Of a DNA stretch of 64,000 nt, positions 25,101-36,737 are shown piece after piece. The position numbers were made by a program, and so were the translations under genes. The notes under the pieces were generated by a model. That model made no database searches. It was given only the letters and a program-made list of their open reading frames with translations, and was not told the DNA's origin. Origin of the DNA: Protoeuglena noctilucae (taxonomy: Eukaryota); contig OY253672.1 in assembly GCA_958009085.1 (NCBI GenBank), positions 992,001 through 1,056,000 of the forward strand, written 5' to 3'. The first letter of the stretch is position 1. Each line of letters starts with the position of its first letter.

Positions 25101-27730
25101 CGTCCACGGGGAGAACTTCGGCCCAGCCGGGACGCAGGACCTGGAGGTGGACCAGGTGTCGTACGCCGGCATCAACATCACGTGCGCCAGCGCGCAGGTG
25201 CTGCCCTCGTACGACAACGTGCGCATCACGTGCACCATGGGCCCCGGCCTCGGCAGCAACAACCAGCTGTACGTCAAGCGTGGGCCCAGCGCGGGCCCCG
25301 GTGGCAACCAGCAGGTCACGTCGGACGCCTTCACGGGCTTCACGTACGCCGCGCCCGCCATCTCCCAGGGCGGGATCGTGTGCTACCCCGCCACCGCCAG
25401 CAACGGCCTGCCCGACAAGTCAACGTCCTCGAGCTCTTGCTCGGCCGGCGACTGGGTGTACATCACGGGGACCAACTTCGGCAACAACCCGGCCCAGACG
25501 GTGCTGGCCATCTTCGACCCGGGCCTGGTGGACAGCAAGACGAACCAGCCCACGATCCTGGCCACGGCCTCGCCCCCCAGCAACTGCAGCACGGCCACGG
25601 GCGACGCGTGCACGGCGACGCTGGTCATGTTCAAGATGCCGCCGCTGTCGGGCCAGAAGCGGTCGGTGCAGGTGCAGCTGCTGGCCAAGAACCCCGCGTA
25701 CAAGTCCTACGCCATCAGCTCGCCCTTCAACGCCACGCCCGTCTTCTTCTCGTACAAGCCGCCCACGGTCGATGGGGCCAACCAGGTCCCCACGTCGGGG
25801 GGCACGGTGACCATCACGGGGAGCCACTTCGGCGTCGTGAACGACGCGGTGGGCGTGTCGATCGGCACCCTGACGTGCGCCAACGCCAAGGTGACGGCGT
25901 CGGACGCCACCACGGGAGACGGCACGGGCATCCAGTGCACGCTGGGCGCGGGAGTCGGCGGCAGCATGGACGTGGTCGTGACGGTGTGGCCCTCGCAGCC
26001 GACCGCGCAGCAGACGGGCTTCCACAAGGCCCTGTTCAGCTACATCGCGCCCACGCTCACCAGCGTCGCCGGCCCCGGCACCGGCGCCTCGACCGGGGCT
26101 GCCCAGAAGAGCGCCACGGGCACGTCCGGGCAGACGCTGACGCTCACGGGCACCAACCTGGGCCTCAACGCCTCGGACATCACGGTGCAGTTCCTCCGGG
26201 CCGACCAGTCGGTCGCGGGCACGTGCGGCAGCGTGCCGGTGGTCAAGGACCACACGCAGATCACGTGCGTGACGCCCAACATCCAGGGCCTCAATCTGGC
26301 CATCGTGGCCGTCGTGGGGGGGCAGCCCAGCCCCACGTCCGGCGCCCCGCAGTTCACGTTCGACCTGGCCGGGTGCAAGAACCCCGCCGCAGAGAACTAC
26401 AACCCCAACGCCACGTCGGACAACGGCACGTGCGTCATCATCGGCTGCACCGACCCCAACGCCCTCAACTACACGCCCCCGCCCCCCAACGGCACGGTCA
26501 AGGACGGTGAGTGGGCTGAGTGGGATCGGACGTCCCAAGGCGCGGCGCACCGTAGCCGTGGAGTCGGTGTGTGCTCCCTGCTGCCTGCCACATATACAGC
26601 CACCCTCTGCCTGCGCCCGCAGATCCCAAGGGCTCGGTGTGCATCATGCCGCCCGTCACGGTCGAGATGCGACGCGACTTAGACTACAACCAGGTAAGGA
26701 CCTCTCCCTTCTTCCCACTCATGCGCCGCCCATGCCTGACGCATCGCAGTCAGGCTCCAGGGCCAGGAAAGACCCCCATCAGTCACCGCAAAACGTCCCT
26801 CCGCCCTCGCCCCCACAGTTCCTTGCCAACCAGTCCTTCTGGATCAACCAGCAGATCCAGAGCCTGGCCACCAACATGAACATCTCCACGAGCCGCATCA
26901 CGTTCATCTCGGCGCGCCAGGGCTCGACCATCTTCAACTGCCAGATCGCCGACGTGGCGCCCAAGGACCGCTCTCCGGGGGAGCCCTCGGCGGCCCAGGC
27001 GGCCCAGACGCTCAACACCGCCATCAAGGATGGTTCGTTCCAGGACGTGAGTGGCCACTGGAGAATGGCACGCACCTTCATGCGTTGCCAGGGGTTGCAT
27101 GCACAGGACCCGGGGGGCCACGTTGTGCGCCACACAAAGCCTCTGCTCTACGACACAGATCGCGACCCCCACGTTCGTTTCCTCAACCGCCCTTGGTCCG
27201 CTCGCCTCCCGCAGAACCCCCAGATGCCGCTGCTGAGCATCACGTTCGTGACGAACGGCAACAGCCAGGTGTCGGTCCCGAGCGACCAGACGGTGCAGAC
27301 GGCCCGGGGCGACAAGCGCATCTCCAAGTACAACTACGTGGCGCTGGCGCTGGGCGGCCTCGCGCTCCTTGTCCTCGCCATCTTCTCCAAACGCATCCTC
27401 AAGTTCCTCTGCCGCCGTCGCTCCGCCAAGTCCGAGGCCGGCCCTTGGCCCATCGTCGGTCGGCCCCGCTCGCGCACCAAGACGCGGGTGTACCCGGACG
27501 ACATCGAGACGGCCAAGGACGAGGACATCAAGGCCCTCGCCGAGCCTCGGAAGGAGCAGAAGGTCCTGGTGGCTCCGGCCGATGCCGCCCAGGGGGTCAA
27601 GGGCGGCGCCGACGCGGTGGCGGGACCCGAGGCACGCGCCGTGGTCGTCGCCAACCCGCCGCGCCCCCCGCAGCAGCAGCAGCAGCGCGCCGGCGGCAAC
27701 GTGTACGCCATGGGCCCGATGCTGCTCTGA
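10163..27730 (+). CDS. Giant (~5,512 aa) type-I membrane glycoprotein with ~30 IPT/TIG domains; 9 exons (10163-10442, 10661-10950, 11041-11193, 11291-11887, 11994-12224, 12334-26506, 26623-26693, 26819-27046, 27215-27730)
   Basis: Signal peptide MGTFRVARWALAVSAALFAVAAGVHA. Exon phases join consistently. 4808-aa ORF with ~30 repeats of P.ITS....GG.ITITG.NFG..C......I.C..P.G.G. TM YVALALGGLALLVLAIFS followed by basic KRILKFLCRRR. Confidence 0.9.
12751..13725 (+). repeat. Three tandem ~100-aa 'AQV.T..L.G....GD....TV.G..V.YT' modules inside the giant gene (further copies at ~18817-19130 and ~22528-22860)
   Basis: Visible protein repeat. Copies 1 and 3 also share long near-identical DNA (cagcaacgac..ggcacgggcgggacggccacgg..ccaggcggccaccaacatc). 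Confidence 0.85.
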
Positions 27731-28186
27731 GGCGGCAACGTGCACCCCGCCTGGCAGGCGCGGGTGCTGGCGTCTCTGCGCGCCGAGCATCGCACGCAGA
27801 GTCGTGACACGTGACTTGTAACTCGATGATAGTCCCAGTTACTGTGGCTACCTTACCACACGCACTTCCCATGCTTTGTTGGCAGGCGCCGCGCCGCCTT
27901 GCACGTGACTCTTATTTGGCAGCAGACCTCGATGTGGCCGCAAGATGGGGCTGGGGGATGTCATGAAGCTATTGACGGACTAGGAATCGCGACCCACGCG
28001 GACGTGGCGATGCGCTCGCCTGTCGCGTGGCCTAGCGTTGCGTTGCTGTTAGCCTTTCTAACGCCGCGGGGGCCCGGGAGGTGGCAGAGCGTTTCGGGGG
28101 CAGCGGCTGGGTTCGCGGAAAGAGGTCTTTGAATGATAATATGTCACACTGTGATGCCACGAGACAGGAAATCACATAAGAAATGA

Positions 28187-28226
28187 GTGAGTCCGCCAAA
28201 GTCACTGGTGAGTCCGCCAAAGTCAC
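28187..28226. repeat. Direct tandem repeat, 2 x 19 bp GTGAGTCCGCCAAAGTCAC
   Basis: Exact copies at 28187-28205 and 28208-28226. Confidence 0.95.
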
Positions 28227-29950
28227 GCTAGAGTGTCCTCCTCGTACTCCAGCTCCAGGTCGTCGTCGTCATCGTCCTGGCGAGTAACAGCCCCGGCCTC
28301 CTGCAGGCACAAGCGACAAGTGTGCGTCGCATCCACCGTGCAACGGCACATGACCTTGGCAATCACTGACACAGCTCCTGCCCAGACCAACCTGCGTGGC
28401 GTCCCCGTTCTCCTCTGGGGGATACTCGATCGCCGTCGGCAGGATGGGCCCTTGGGGCTCGCTGACAGCCACAGCCGATGTGCTCGCTGCGCCCTGCGCC
28501 TTGTCGGCAGCTGCGCGGGACATGTCGCGGCACTCCAGGCGCTCGAAATAACTCCGCGTCGAAGGAACGCTCCGCAGCGCCGCTGCCGCCGCGGGCGGGG
28601 CATCCGTCTGCGACCAGCCGGGCACGTGGGGCTCGCACTGGAGGGCAAGCACGACTGCACTGCTTGCAAAGGACAACGTCGAAAGGCTATGACACCCCTT
28701 GGCCGCCTCGCTCGGCACCTGGATCTCGATCACCGCCTGCGGGGCGTGCCTGGGCGGCGTCGGCACGCGCGCCGGCCCAGTTGCCGGGCCAGGGTCCGCT
28801 TTCGTCGCCGCCCCAGAGCCCCCGCTCCTCCACTCCAGCAGCGCCGCCTGGAACGCCGCCTTCGAGGCCTCCTCGTCGAAATCCCCGTCTAGCTGCGGCC
28901 ACGGGCGCGAGCGCATGGGTGGGAATGGATACCTCCTCAGCAACGGTAAACCTGCCGCGGGCTGCGTGGCTGCTTTCTGGCGGCCGTGAGCGTTGCTGCG
29001 GTCACCAGCGAGCTCGTTCCCGCGACCGCCCTCGTTGGCCCGCTGGTAGAGGGCTGGAAGAGTGCTGCCGTCCCCGACCATTGTGCGGACGCGCCGGCCT
29101 GCAAGCGCCATGAAAGCAGGGGGCCTGCTGGGTGGGACTGGACACAACTGGACAAAGACAGCGTGCCAAGGAGCAGCCGTGATTTGAACCACGATTGCGA
29201 AAACCGCGCCCCGTGGTCGCTTCCCACTCTCGCTGAGCTCTTGTGTCACCTTGGATGGCCTCTCAGCGTCCTTGCCGCCACTGGCCCGCATCTCTGGGAG
29301 CTCCGGCATCGACCACATGGACGCGTCCCGTCCGTCCTCCGTGCCCATGGTCATCAGCAGCTTGGACTGGCCCCCCCTGACCGCCGCGCCACGTGTTGAG
29401 CTGGAGGCCTCAGTCGCGGTCGGCACCTGCGATGTCGCCCCCCTCTCTCGGTCCACGTAAGCGGCCAGGTCCTGCGGGCATGCAGTCTCGGCGCTCACAA
29501 AACCGTCTATTGCTGGCGCGGTCGCGGGCCGCGGGTCGTGGAGGCGCGCCTGCACAGTTGCTTGGGGCGGAGTGGCCGTCGGCATGCGTCGCTCCCGGCT
29601 CGTCTTGCGCACGAGCGTCGCGACGTCCTTCCCCTTCAGCGGACCTGGTGCCGCGCTCGCCCACAGAGTGTTGCCTTGGCGCTGCTGCGCGGCCGGGGAA
29701 GGGGAGGAAGCAAGTGAGGTCACTGCGGATGTCGACGTCGCGCGTGCCATCTCGGCCGCCTCGCCCAGCGCCTCGCCTTGCTGCGGACCGAGTCGCGCTT
29801 CGCCTTCTCCATCGCCATCGCTTGTCGGAGCTGCTCCAGACGCGCCTCCATCTCGGTCGCCTCCGCCCGGAGCTGCTCCGACAGGGACTGGGTCCTGCAG
29901 GACGAGAAACAAGGTGGCGCTCCCTCGCAGCGTATTTCCCTGGCATCATC
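28223..29950 (-). CDS. ZBBX-like ciliary coiled-coil protein, no B-box seen; start uncertain
   Basis: LRAEATEMEARLEQLRQAMAMEKAKR..LWASA, LDGDFDEEASKAAFQAALLEWR and SYFERL resemble recalled ZBBX blocks. Confidence 0.6.
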
Positions 29951-30552
29951 GACAGCGACGAATGCTGGGCCTATTCGTGCATTTGCTCTCGCGCTCCGCG
30001 GGAGGCCAAATGGCGCATGCTCAGCCAAAAGAGACCAGCGCCCTCAGCGCTGCTTCCCTCGTTGCCATCGCACGATCATTGGCAACCTGGTTTCACCACG
30101 GGACTCGCCTGCTCCCCATCTCGCACCGCGGCCCGCGTGTGCCCTGCGCAGCTGTTGGGCGAGGTCAGCTCGGCCTGACTAGAATCGCGCAGCTCACGAC
30201 AGACCGCGTACACGCCAGCTTTCGCCTGCTCTTTCGGACTGGCCGCACGAATGGCCGGCGGAGCCGCGGACGGCAGCTGCGGTCCTCTGACATGTGCCAG
30301 AGGGGTGTCACTCGGCGCGGGCCTGAATTGACACGCTGCGGGTCTACAACGACCTGTTTCCCAACGTCGTCTCTTGCGTTGTGAGGCGGAGGGTCGGCGC
30401 TTCTGAGCTAAGCCCGAACAGGACGTGACGCGCCGCTGCTTCACCCCAAGCCCATCTTTCTTTGGCTTTCCGCGACCCCTCGACTGAGACGGCGCCTGGC
30501 AGGGCCTGAGAGGGAGACCGCCCTGTCGGGCGCGACAGCGCCATTCAGGACA

Positions 30553-33500
30553 ATGGCGCAGCCAAACAGGCCCTTGGACGTCGTGTATGGTGAGGATGGC
30601 GATGCGTTGGAGGTCTGCGCCCGTGGGAAAGGCCGGTATGCGGGGGCAGAAGCAGTTCACCTCGTGCGCCCCTGACATGGGATTTGCGGCGAGTCTGTGG
30701 CCGTGCTGGTGCCAACTTCACGCCTTCATGTGGAATAAGAAACAATGCTTCACGCGCTCGCACGGCATGGGCTGGGGAGGCCGTGCCATGCCGGGACGCT
30801 GCGACACAGCTCGTGGCATGCCCGGGCCCCTCTGACCCGGCCAGTCACGCTGGACGCCCCGGTCGCCTCGCTTCTCACGCAGACACGACCATGGCGCTGT
30901 CCAGCATGAAGGACCATTTCCGGGAGGCGTCCCGCGCGACGGGATTCAAGGTCACGCCCCAGCCCATCTTCACCAACTTCTTCTCCGAGCTCTCCCACCA
31001 TCCGGCGCGGCAGGCGGCCATCAAACCGGCCATCCGACTACCTCCGCACATCAACCCCTACGCGCGGCCACCGCAGCCAGAGTCTCGGGTGGCGCGCACG
31101 CTCCGCTCGATGACGCGGCAGGTCGAGGGGGCGCCAAACCTGCTGTACTACACGCGCCCCCTCATGGCGCACGACACGGACTCGGTGGGTCCCGTGAAGC
31201 TCCACCAGGACGTCCGCCCCGTGGCCCAGCCCATCGACGCCAGCGCCGCGGCCAAGCAGGGGCGGCCTGACCCTTCGGCCTTTGCCCCCGAGGGCCACCG
31301 CACCGTGGGGACCCAGTCCGCGTTCCGGGAGTCCGAGATGCAGACGACGCCATGGGAGCCCGACTACGTGCTCCCCGAGAACCCCGCCCCCAAGCAGCGC
31401 GCGCTGATGGAGAAGCACCATTCGGACGTGCCAGAGATCCTCTACCTGCAGCACCTCCATTTCGGGGAGGGTCTCCCGGCCGGGGCGCAGGAGATCATGC
31501 AGGTCAAGAAGCTCTGCGAGAAGCGAGCGTTTGAGGCCTCGCTCCCGCCCATCAGCGGTGAGCCGCGAGCGCCGGCGCAGCTAGCACGTCGCGACGATGA
31601 CCCCGCCCGCCAACCGCGCCTTGCCGCCCGCCCCGCAGACGCCGCCCGCCTGCCCGAGCGGCAGCGCATGCTCGAGGAGTGGGAGACGAAGGAGTGGGCC
31701 GAGCGTGAGCAGGAAATTGAGGGTTTGCAGGAGGAGCGCCTGGCCATCATGGAGGCAGCCCTGGAGGTGAGAAGCCAGCCGACGATGCCACGGGTTGTCA
31801 GGGTCTCTGCGCATTCCGCGGCCGACCCAGGCCACCTGGAAAGAGCGCACACCATGGTGGTTTGCCCTGTGCGCCCGCAGCGCCGGGAGGCGGCTCAGGA
31901 CGAGGGTCGCGAGGCCCGGCTGGAGACGATGCGCGAGACGCGGATGCAGACCAAGTCGCAGTCGTTCGCCGCCATCCAGCGCCGGCGCATGCGCACCATG
32001 CGGCAGCTGACGTCACTGAGGGAGAAGAGCGTTCCCAAGGGCACCAGGCCTTCCATCATCGGTGACTGCTCCCCAGCAACTGAGCGGCGCACTTGCCATT
32101 GCCGCCGGCGCCGTGTCCACTAGCTGAGGACCGTTTGCCTTTGTCGGCCCCTGCAGATGAGTACGCCGACTACGGGTCCCAGATCTACGCGCCCGTGCAG
32201 CGCCAAGGGCGCTTCCCCGAGACGCAGCCGCGTGGCAAAGAGATCGATCCGTCGCCGTTCGAGCCGGCGTCGCTCCGGCAGCTGGACGACCTGCACGAGA
32301 CGCTTGGCCCGTCGCGCCTGCACGCCACCGTCAAGGTCCCACCCTCCCGGGAGTCCCTGACGATGACGGCGCGGCAGCGGCGCCTGAACGCCTCCGCGCG
32401 CGACGTGGAGTACATCGCGGACCTGCTGGAGGGGAGCAAGTCGGCGGGGGGGCGCGGGTTCGGGGCCTGCTGGCCCGCCCCGCTCCAGTCGGGGGGGCCC
32501 AAGGGCACGGGAACGGGGAAGCGCAAGGCTGGGCGTGCGATGCAGCGCCCGGGCACGCCGGAGGCGCCGCGGGAGGCTCCGGACGCGCACCTGCACCGGG
32601 CGGCGACGGTGCTCCAGAAGCTGCTGCGGGGCCGGGCGGCGCAGAACCAGATGCTAGCGATGAGGGAGCAGCAGCTGGAGCTGGTGCGGGAGCTGCGCGT
32701 GGCGGACGCGATGGCGAGCGGGGCCGAGGCGGAGTCCCTGCAGCAGCGGCACGAGCGGCTGCGGGCCGTCGACGCCCAGCTGGGCCAGGCGGTCGCAGAG
32801 CTGCTCCAGACGCTGGCGGGCGGCGACGGCCCCGAGCGCGTGCAGCGCCTCCGCGAGGCGCACCTGGCCATGCGCCGGCAGGCCCTGGCGGACCTCGGGG
32901 CAGGGCACCGGGACGCCGCAGCCCTGGACATCCAGCAGGCCGTGCGGGCGTTCGTGGACCGCCGCCGCGCCTACCAGCGGCGCGCCATGGAGACGCAGAG
33001 CCACGAGGGCGCGCTGCAGCGGCAGCTGGAGCGCCTCCGCGCGTCCATGGTGAGCAGGATGGGCTGCCGTGGTGCTTTTGTGCTTTTGAGGTGCTGAGGG
33101 GTCTGCCATGATGCCTGTGCGACTGGTCCGGCGCCCCTGGCCCTACGCAGGAGCAGGAGGTGTCGAGCGTGTCGGAGGAGGAGGCGCAGATGCCAGAAAG
33201 CGCCATGCGGAGGGAGGCACCGGGGCTGGAGGGTTCAGCGTCCTCCGCAGCAGCGGCCGCCCCGCAAGCGCGCGACGGGTCGGGCCCGGAGATGGCGTCG
33301 CCGGTGCCGACCTCGCGGCCTCTCACCGGACAAGTGCTGGGTCGCAACATTGGCACCGCGGCTTCCAAGGGGCACGCCGTGGAGCAGCTGCTGCTGGACC
33401 TCGTGTCAGACATCGCAGGCGAGTGACATTTCCACTGTGTTCGCATCGCCGGCCGTCTACAGCTGCCATGCTGCGGCAGTCTAAGCACTGCGCGGTGGTC

Positions 33501-34400
33501 AGTCAGCGCTGTCGAGCCTTCTCCACGCAGGCGTCCCCTCTCGGCCGCCAACAGCGGGCTTCCTGTCCGGGCGTGGCGCGAGCCCGCTGCCGGTGGCGAC
33601 GCCGACGACGCAAGACACGGACGCCATCCTATACGGGCTCCTCCGCGACGCCGCGCACATCCCCTCGTGGCACCCGGTGGGCACGGCCCTCGAGCGGCTC
33701 GCGGGGATGCCCCAGTCGGGCGACGTGCGGGAGCTGGTCGACGAGCTGAAGCGGTCCCTCGAGCTCATGCCGGAGGACCCCAACGCGGACGCAGGTGAGC
33801 CTGGTGTCAGCTTAACGCCGGATGTCCTCACGGGGTGGTTCGCGTGAGGAAGACGCTCTCAACGTTGCGGGTCGCCTGCCCCTTGCAGCGCTGGCGGAGA
33901 TCCTGTGGGAGGTCGCGCAGGGTGGTCCTGCATCGCGGGAGCTCACGTTGGAGGAGATGGATGCGGCGGCGCGCGTGGTGCTGGGTCAGATGCCGATGGT
34001 GGACCGTGCGCAGCGCCTCGCGGGGCTGCAGCGCCGTGGCCTGGGCATCCTCGGGTGCATTCTCGGCGGCAGCGCCGGAGGGTCCGAGCCTGCGATGCAG
34101 CCGGTGGAAACCGAGGCGAGTGCTGGGAGGCATGTGGTTGCATGCGAGTCGACATGAGAGGCCAGGGACGGTTGGCTCAGGCGCCGTGTCGATGCTGCTG
34201 CGCAGGGTGGAGCGCAGATCCTCACCATATCGCACGGGGAAGAGGGCGGGCCCGCGGAGGTGGCGGCGGACGTCAGCCTGGGCGACGTGGGAATGGGGCC
34301 CCCGAGGGCCGCGTCGGAGGCGGATTCGGCGACCGTGGCCGAGGCAGTGAACGACGTTCTCGCAGACGCGTTGGCTGAGCTGGATGAGCACGGCGGCTGA
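30553..34400 (+). CDS. CFAP91: Cilia- and flagella-associated protein 91 (FAP91/CaM-IP2/MAATS1), multi-exon
   Basis: MAQPNRPLDVVYD|TT..NFFSELSHHP..TVGTQSAFRESEMQTTPWEPDY..GLPAG..EKRAFEASLPP..EWAEREQEI; IQ-like LQKLLRGRAAQNQM. Confidence 0.88.
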
Positions 34401-34538
34401 TCGCATCGGGCCTGTGCTGCAGCATCTGAAGCCGAGTGTGTGCTTTTCTCCGCGATGCCTCCCTTTCCCCGCGCCACACCTCGCTCCTTCGTTTCGTTTC
34501 ACTTCAAGTTGACTTGAAATTGGCCAAGGGACGTCGAT

Positions 34539-36417
34539 ATGGCTTCCCCCGGCGCGGGGGAGCTCCTGGACCCCCTGCTCGAGAGCCTGGGGCAGGGGGA
34601 GCACTTCCGGGCCGAATGTCGCAGTCTCCTGGACAAGATATGTGCCTTGGTGCCCAGCGCGGGGGCCCTCATGCAGGGCCTGGGCCCCAGCGCCAACGAG
34701 CCTGCGGAGGACGAGTTCCGCAGGCTCCAATGCGCCACCGCAATCTGGGCGCTGAAAAGGTTAACGCCACAGCCATCGGTATCTCCCACGGGCGACCTGC
34801 CCCTCGGCCGCGTCGCGGAGGCCTGGTGAGGCGTTTTGGGCGGGACGCGCGGTGACGCCGCCCTGGCCGTCCGTTTCTTCCAGCCGCCGCGCAGTAGTGT
34901 TCCGATGACTGCCTGACGCCTTCCCGCACCGCTTCGCGTGAGCCCGGCGCCCCGGGTCAGCGGGCCAACCCTTTCCCGCCCTCGCAGTGACCTGACCTAC
35001 GCGAGCTTCTTTAGCCACGGCCGGGACATTATACAGCGCTGCGAGTCTCTCTTCTCGGACATCTTTGGTCCGAAATCGGCGCGGGTGCTCCAGGAGCGCC
35101 TGCAGACCACTGTCGAGCAGCTGCTTTACACCGTGGCCTTCAAGCGGCTCTACGCGTCCAAGCTCGCCGTCATCTTCCGCGACGCCTCCAGGTATGTCGC
35201 GTGAAGCTACCATGACTCAGAATCCGTGGGCACATGCGCACCTTGTCGAGGCCTCGCGCGTCGCCCGCCCCCGCAGGGTTGGCTACCTCGGCTGGGTCCT
35301 CTTCCTCGCCATCCGCGCGCGTGTGCCGTCGCAGACGCAGAGCGACCAGGTGAGGCGTTGCGGTGGGCTTGGGCCACGCGCGCGCCCCTTTCGGGCGACG
35401 CCTGCGCGACGCGGCCTCTCCCGCCTCGCACACAGCACTTTGTCGCCACCCTCATCACCTGCTGCACGAACATCCTCGTCGCCAGCGCGCCCCTGTCGCT
35501 CCTCCGCGAACCCAACGAATGGCTCAAGAGCCGGGACGAGGAGGGCCGCCGGGACACCCTGGCCAGCCTCGGCGAGCTCTTCAAGCTGGGCTCGGAGGTG
35601 ACGCCGAGACGCCCAGACCGCGACAGCGTCAGCCGCGAAACCCTCCCCGCACTGACGCACGCGATCCCTTTCGTCCTCCCAGAGCCTCCCGTCCCTGCGG
35701 GTGGCCATGCAGCAGATCGACCAGGCGGCCTCGGCGGTCCTGGCGTCGTGCCACGCCGCGACGGCGGCACCCGCGGCGCCCGCGGGCCGCGACATGGCAT
35801 GTTCGTGCTCTTACCGCCCCCGTCTCATCGCGGAGGACGGCTCCTGCGAGGAGGCCACGCAGGCAGCCTCAGCGGCGTACGAGGAGCGGTACGCGGCTTA
35901 TGGGGAGGTGGACGAGCGGCTGATCTGGTCCGACGAGGGCTGCGCCGCGGTCGGCGACATGCGCACCGTGACGGCGACGCCCCGGAAGCCCCCCGCGGTT
36001 GGCACGCCGCGCAAGGGCTCCGGGGCGCCCGCACCTCCCAGCGCGCTGCTCACGCCCATGGCCCCGCGCTCGGCAGCGCCCCCGCCGCAGACGCCCATCT
36101 CCGGGGCGCTGCACGGCTCGCAGTGGCTGGCGGCCATGGCTGCCGNNNNNNNNNNNNNNNNNNNNNNNNNNNNNNNNNNNNNNNNNNNNNNNNNNNNNNN
36201 NNNNNNNNNNNNNNNNNNNNNNNNNNNNNNNNNNNNNNNNNNNNNNNNNNNNNNNNNNNNNNNNNNNNNNNNNNNNNNNNNNNNNNNNNNNNNNNNNNNN
36301 NNNNNNNNNNNNNNNNNNNNNNNNNNNNNNNNNNNNNNNNNNNNNAGGGAGGCCGTGGCCTTTCCGCGCCTGTGGCGCCAGTGGCAAAGCAGGCGCGGAC
36401 TGGCTAGCGTAGGGTAG
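34539..36417 (+). CDS. RBR: Retinoblastoma-related protein (RBR/MAT3-like): N-terminal domain and start of pocket A, interrupted by assembly gap
   Basis: LGWVLFLAIR, YEERYAAYGEVDERLIW, S/TP CDK sites (TPRK x2), PQTPISGALHGSQWL. Confidence 0.8.
36146..36345. other. Assembly gap (200 N)
   Basis: Run of N. Confidence 1.
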
Positions 36418-36737
36418 GGCAGATCCCACAACAGTCGTGGCCGCACAGCGCCGTAGAGACGACTTGCGCGGGCAGCATGCCGTTGCGGGTTGGCAACCAG
36501 GGCTTTGGCACGCCCCGAGTTCCCATGTAATGTATCCCCACGAACAGTCCCGACTCAGTATTCGTCGACTTGGGCTCAACATAGGTTGACAACATAGCTC
36601 AACACTTGGCGCTTGAAGGTGCAAGCTCACCCCAGGCAAGCCGTGGTTATCGAAGCGCCAGCTTTCGCGCCCAGCGTCGGTGTGCGCGTGCATGGCAGGG
36701 CCATCAGGATCGACAAAGCAGTCACGGCTCCAGATCC

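Noticed and set aside
13717..26550. Many long antisense or alternate-frame ORFs over the giant gene (up to 863 aa)
   Set aside because: Shadow ORFs caused by extreme GC3 bias; R/G/H-rich low-information translations
30061..30086. X-box (RFX)-like half sites
   Set aside because: Spacer is far longer than a canonical X-box and RFX is not known in green algae; kept only as an inverted repeat
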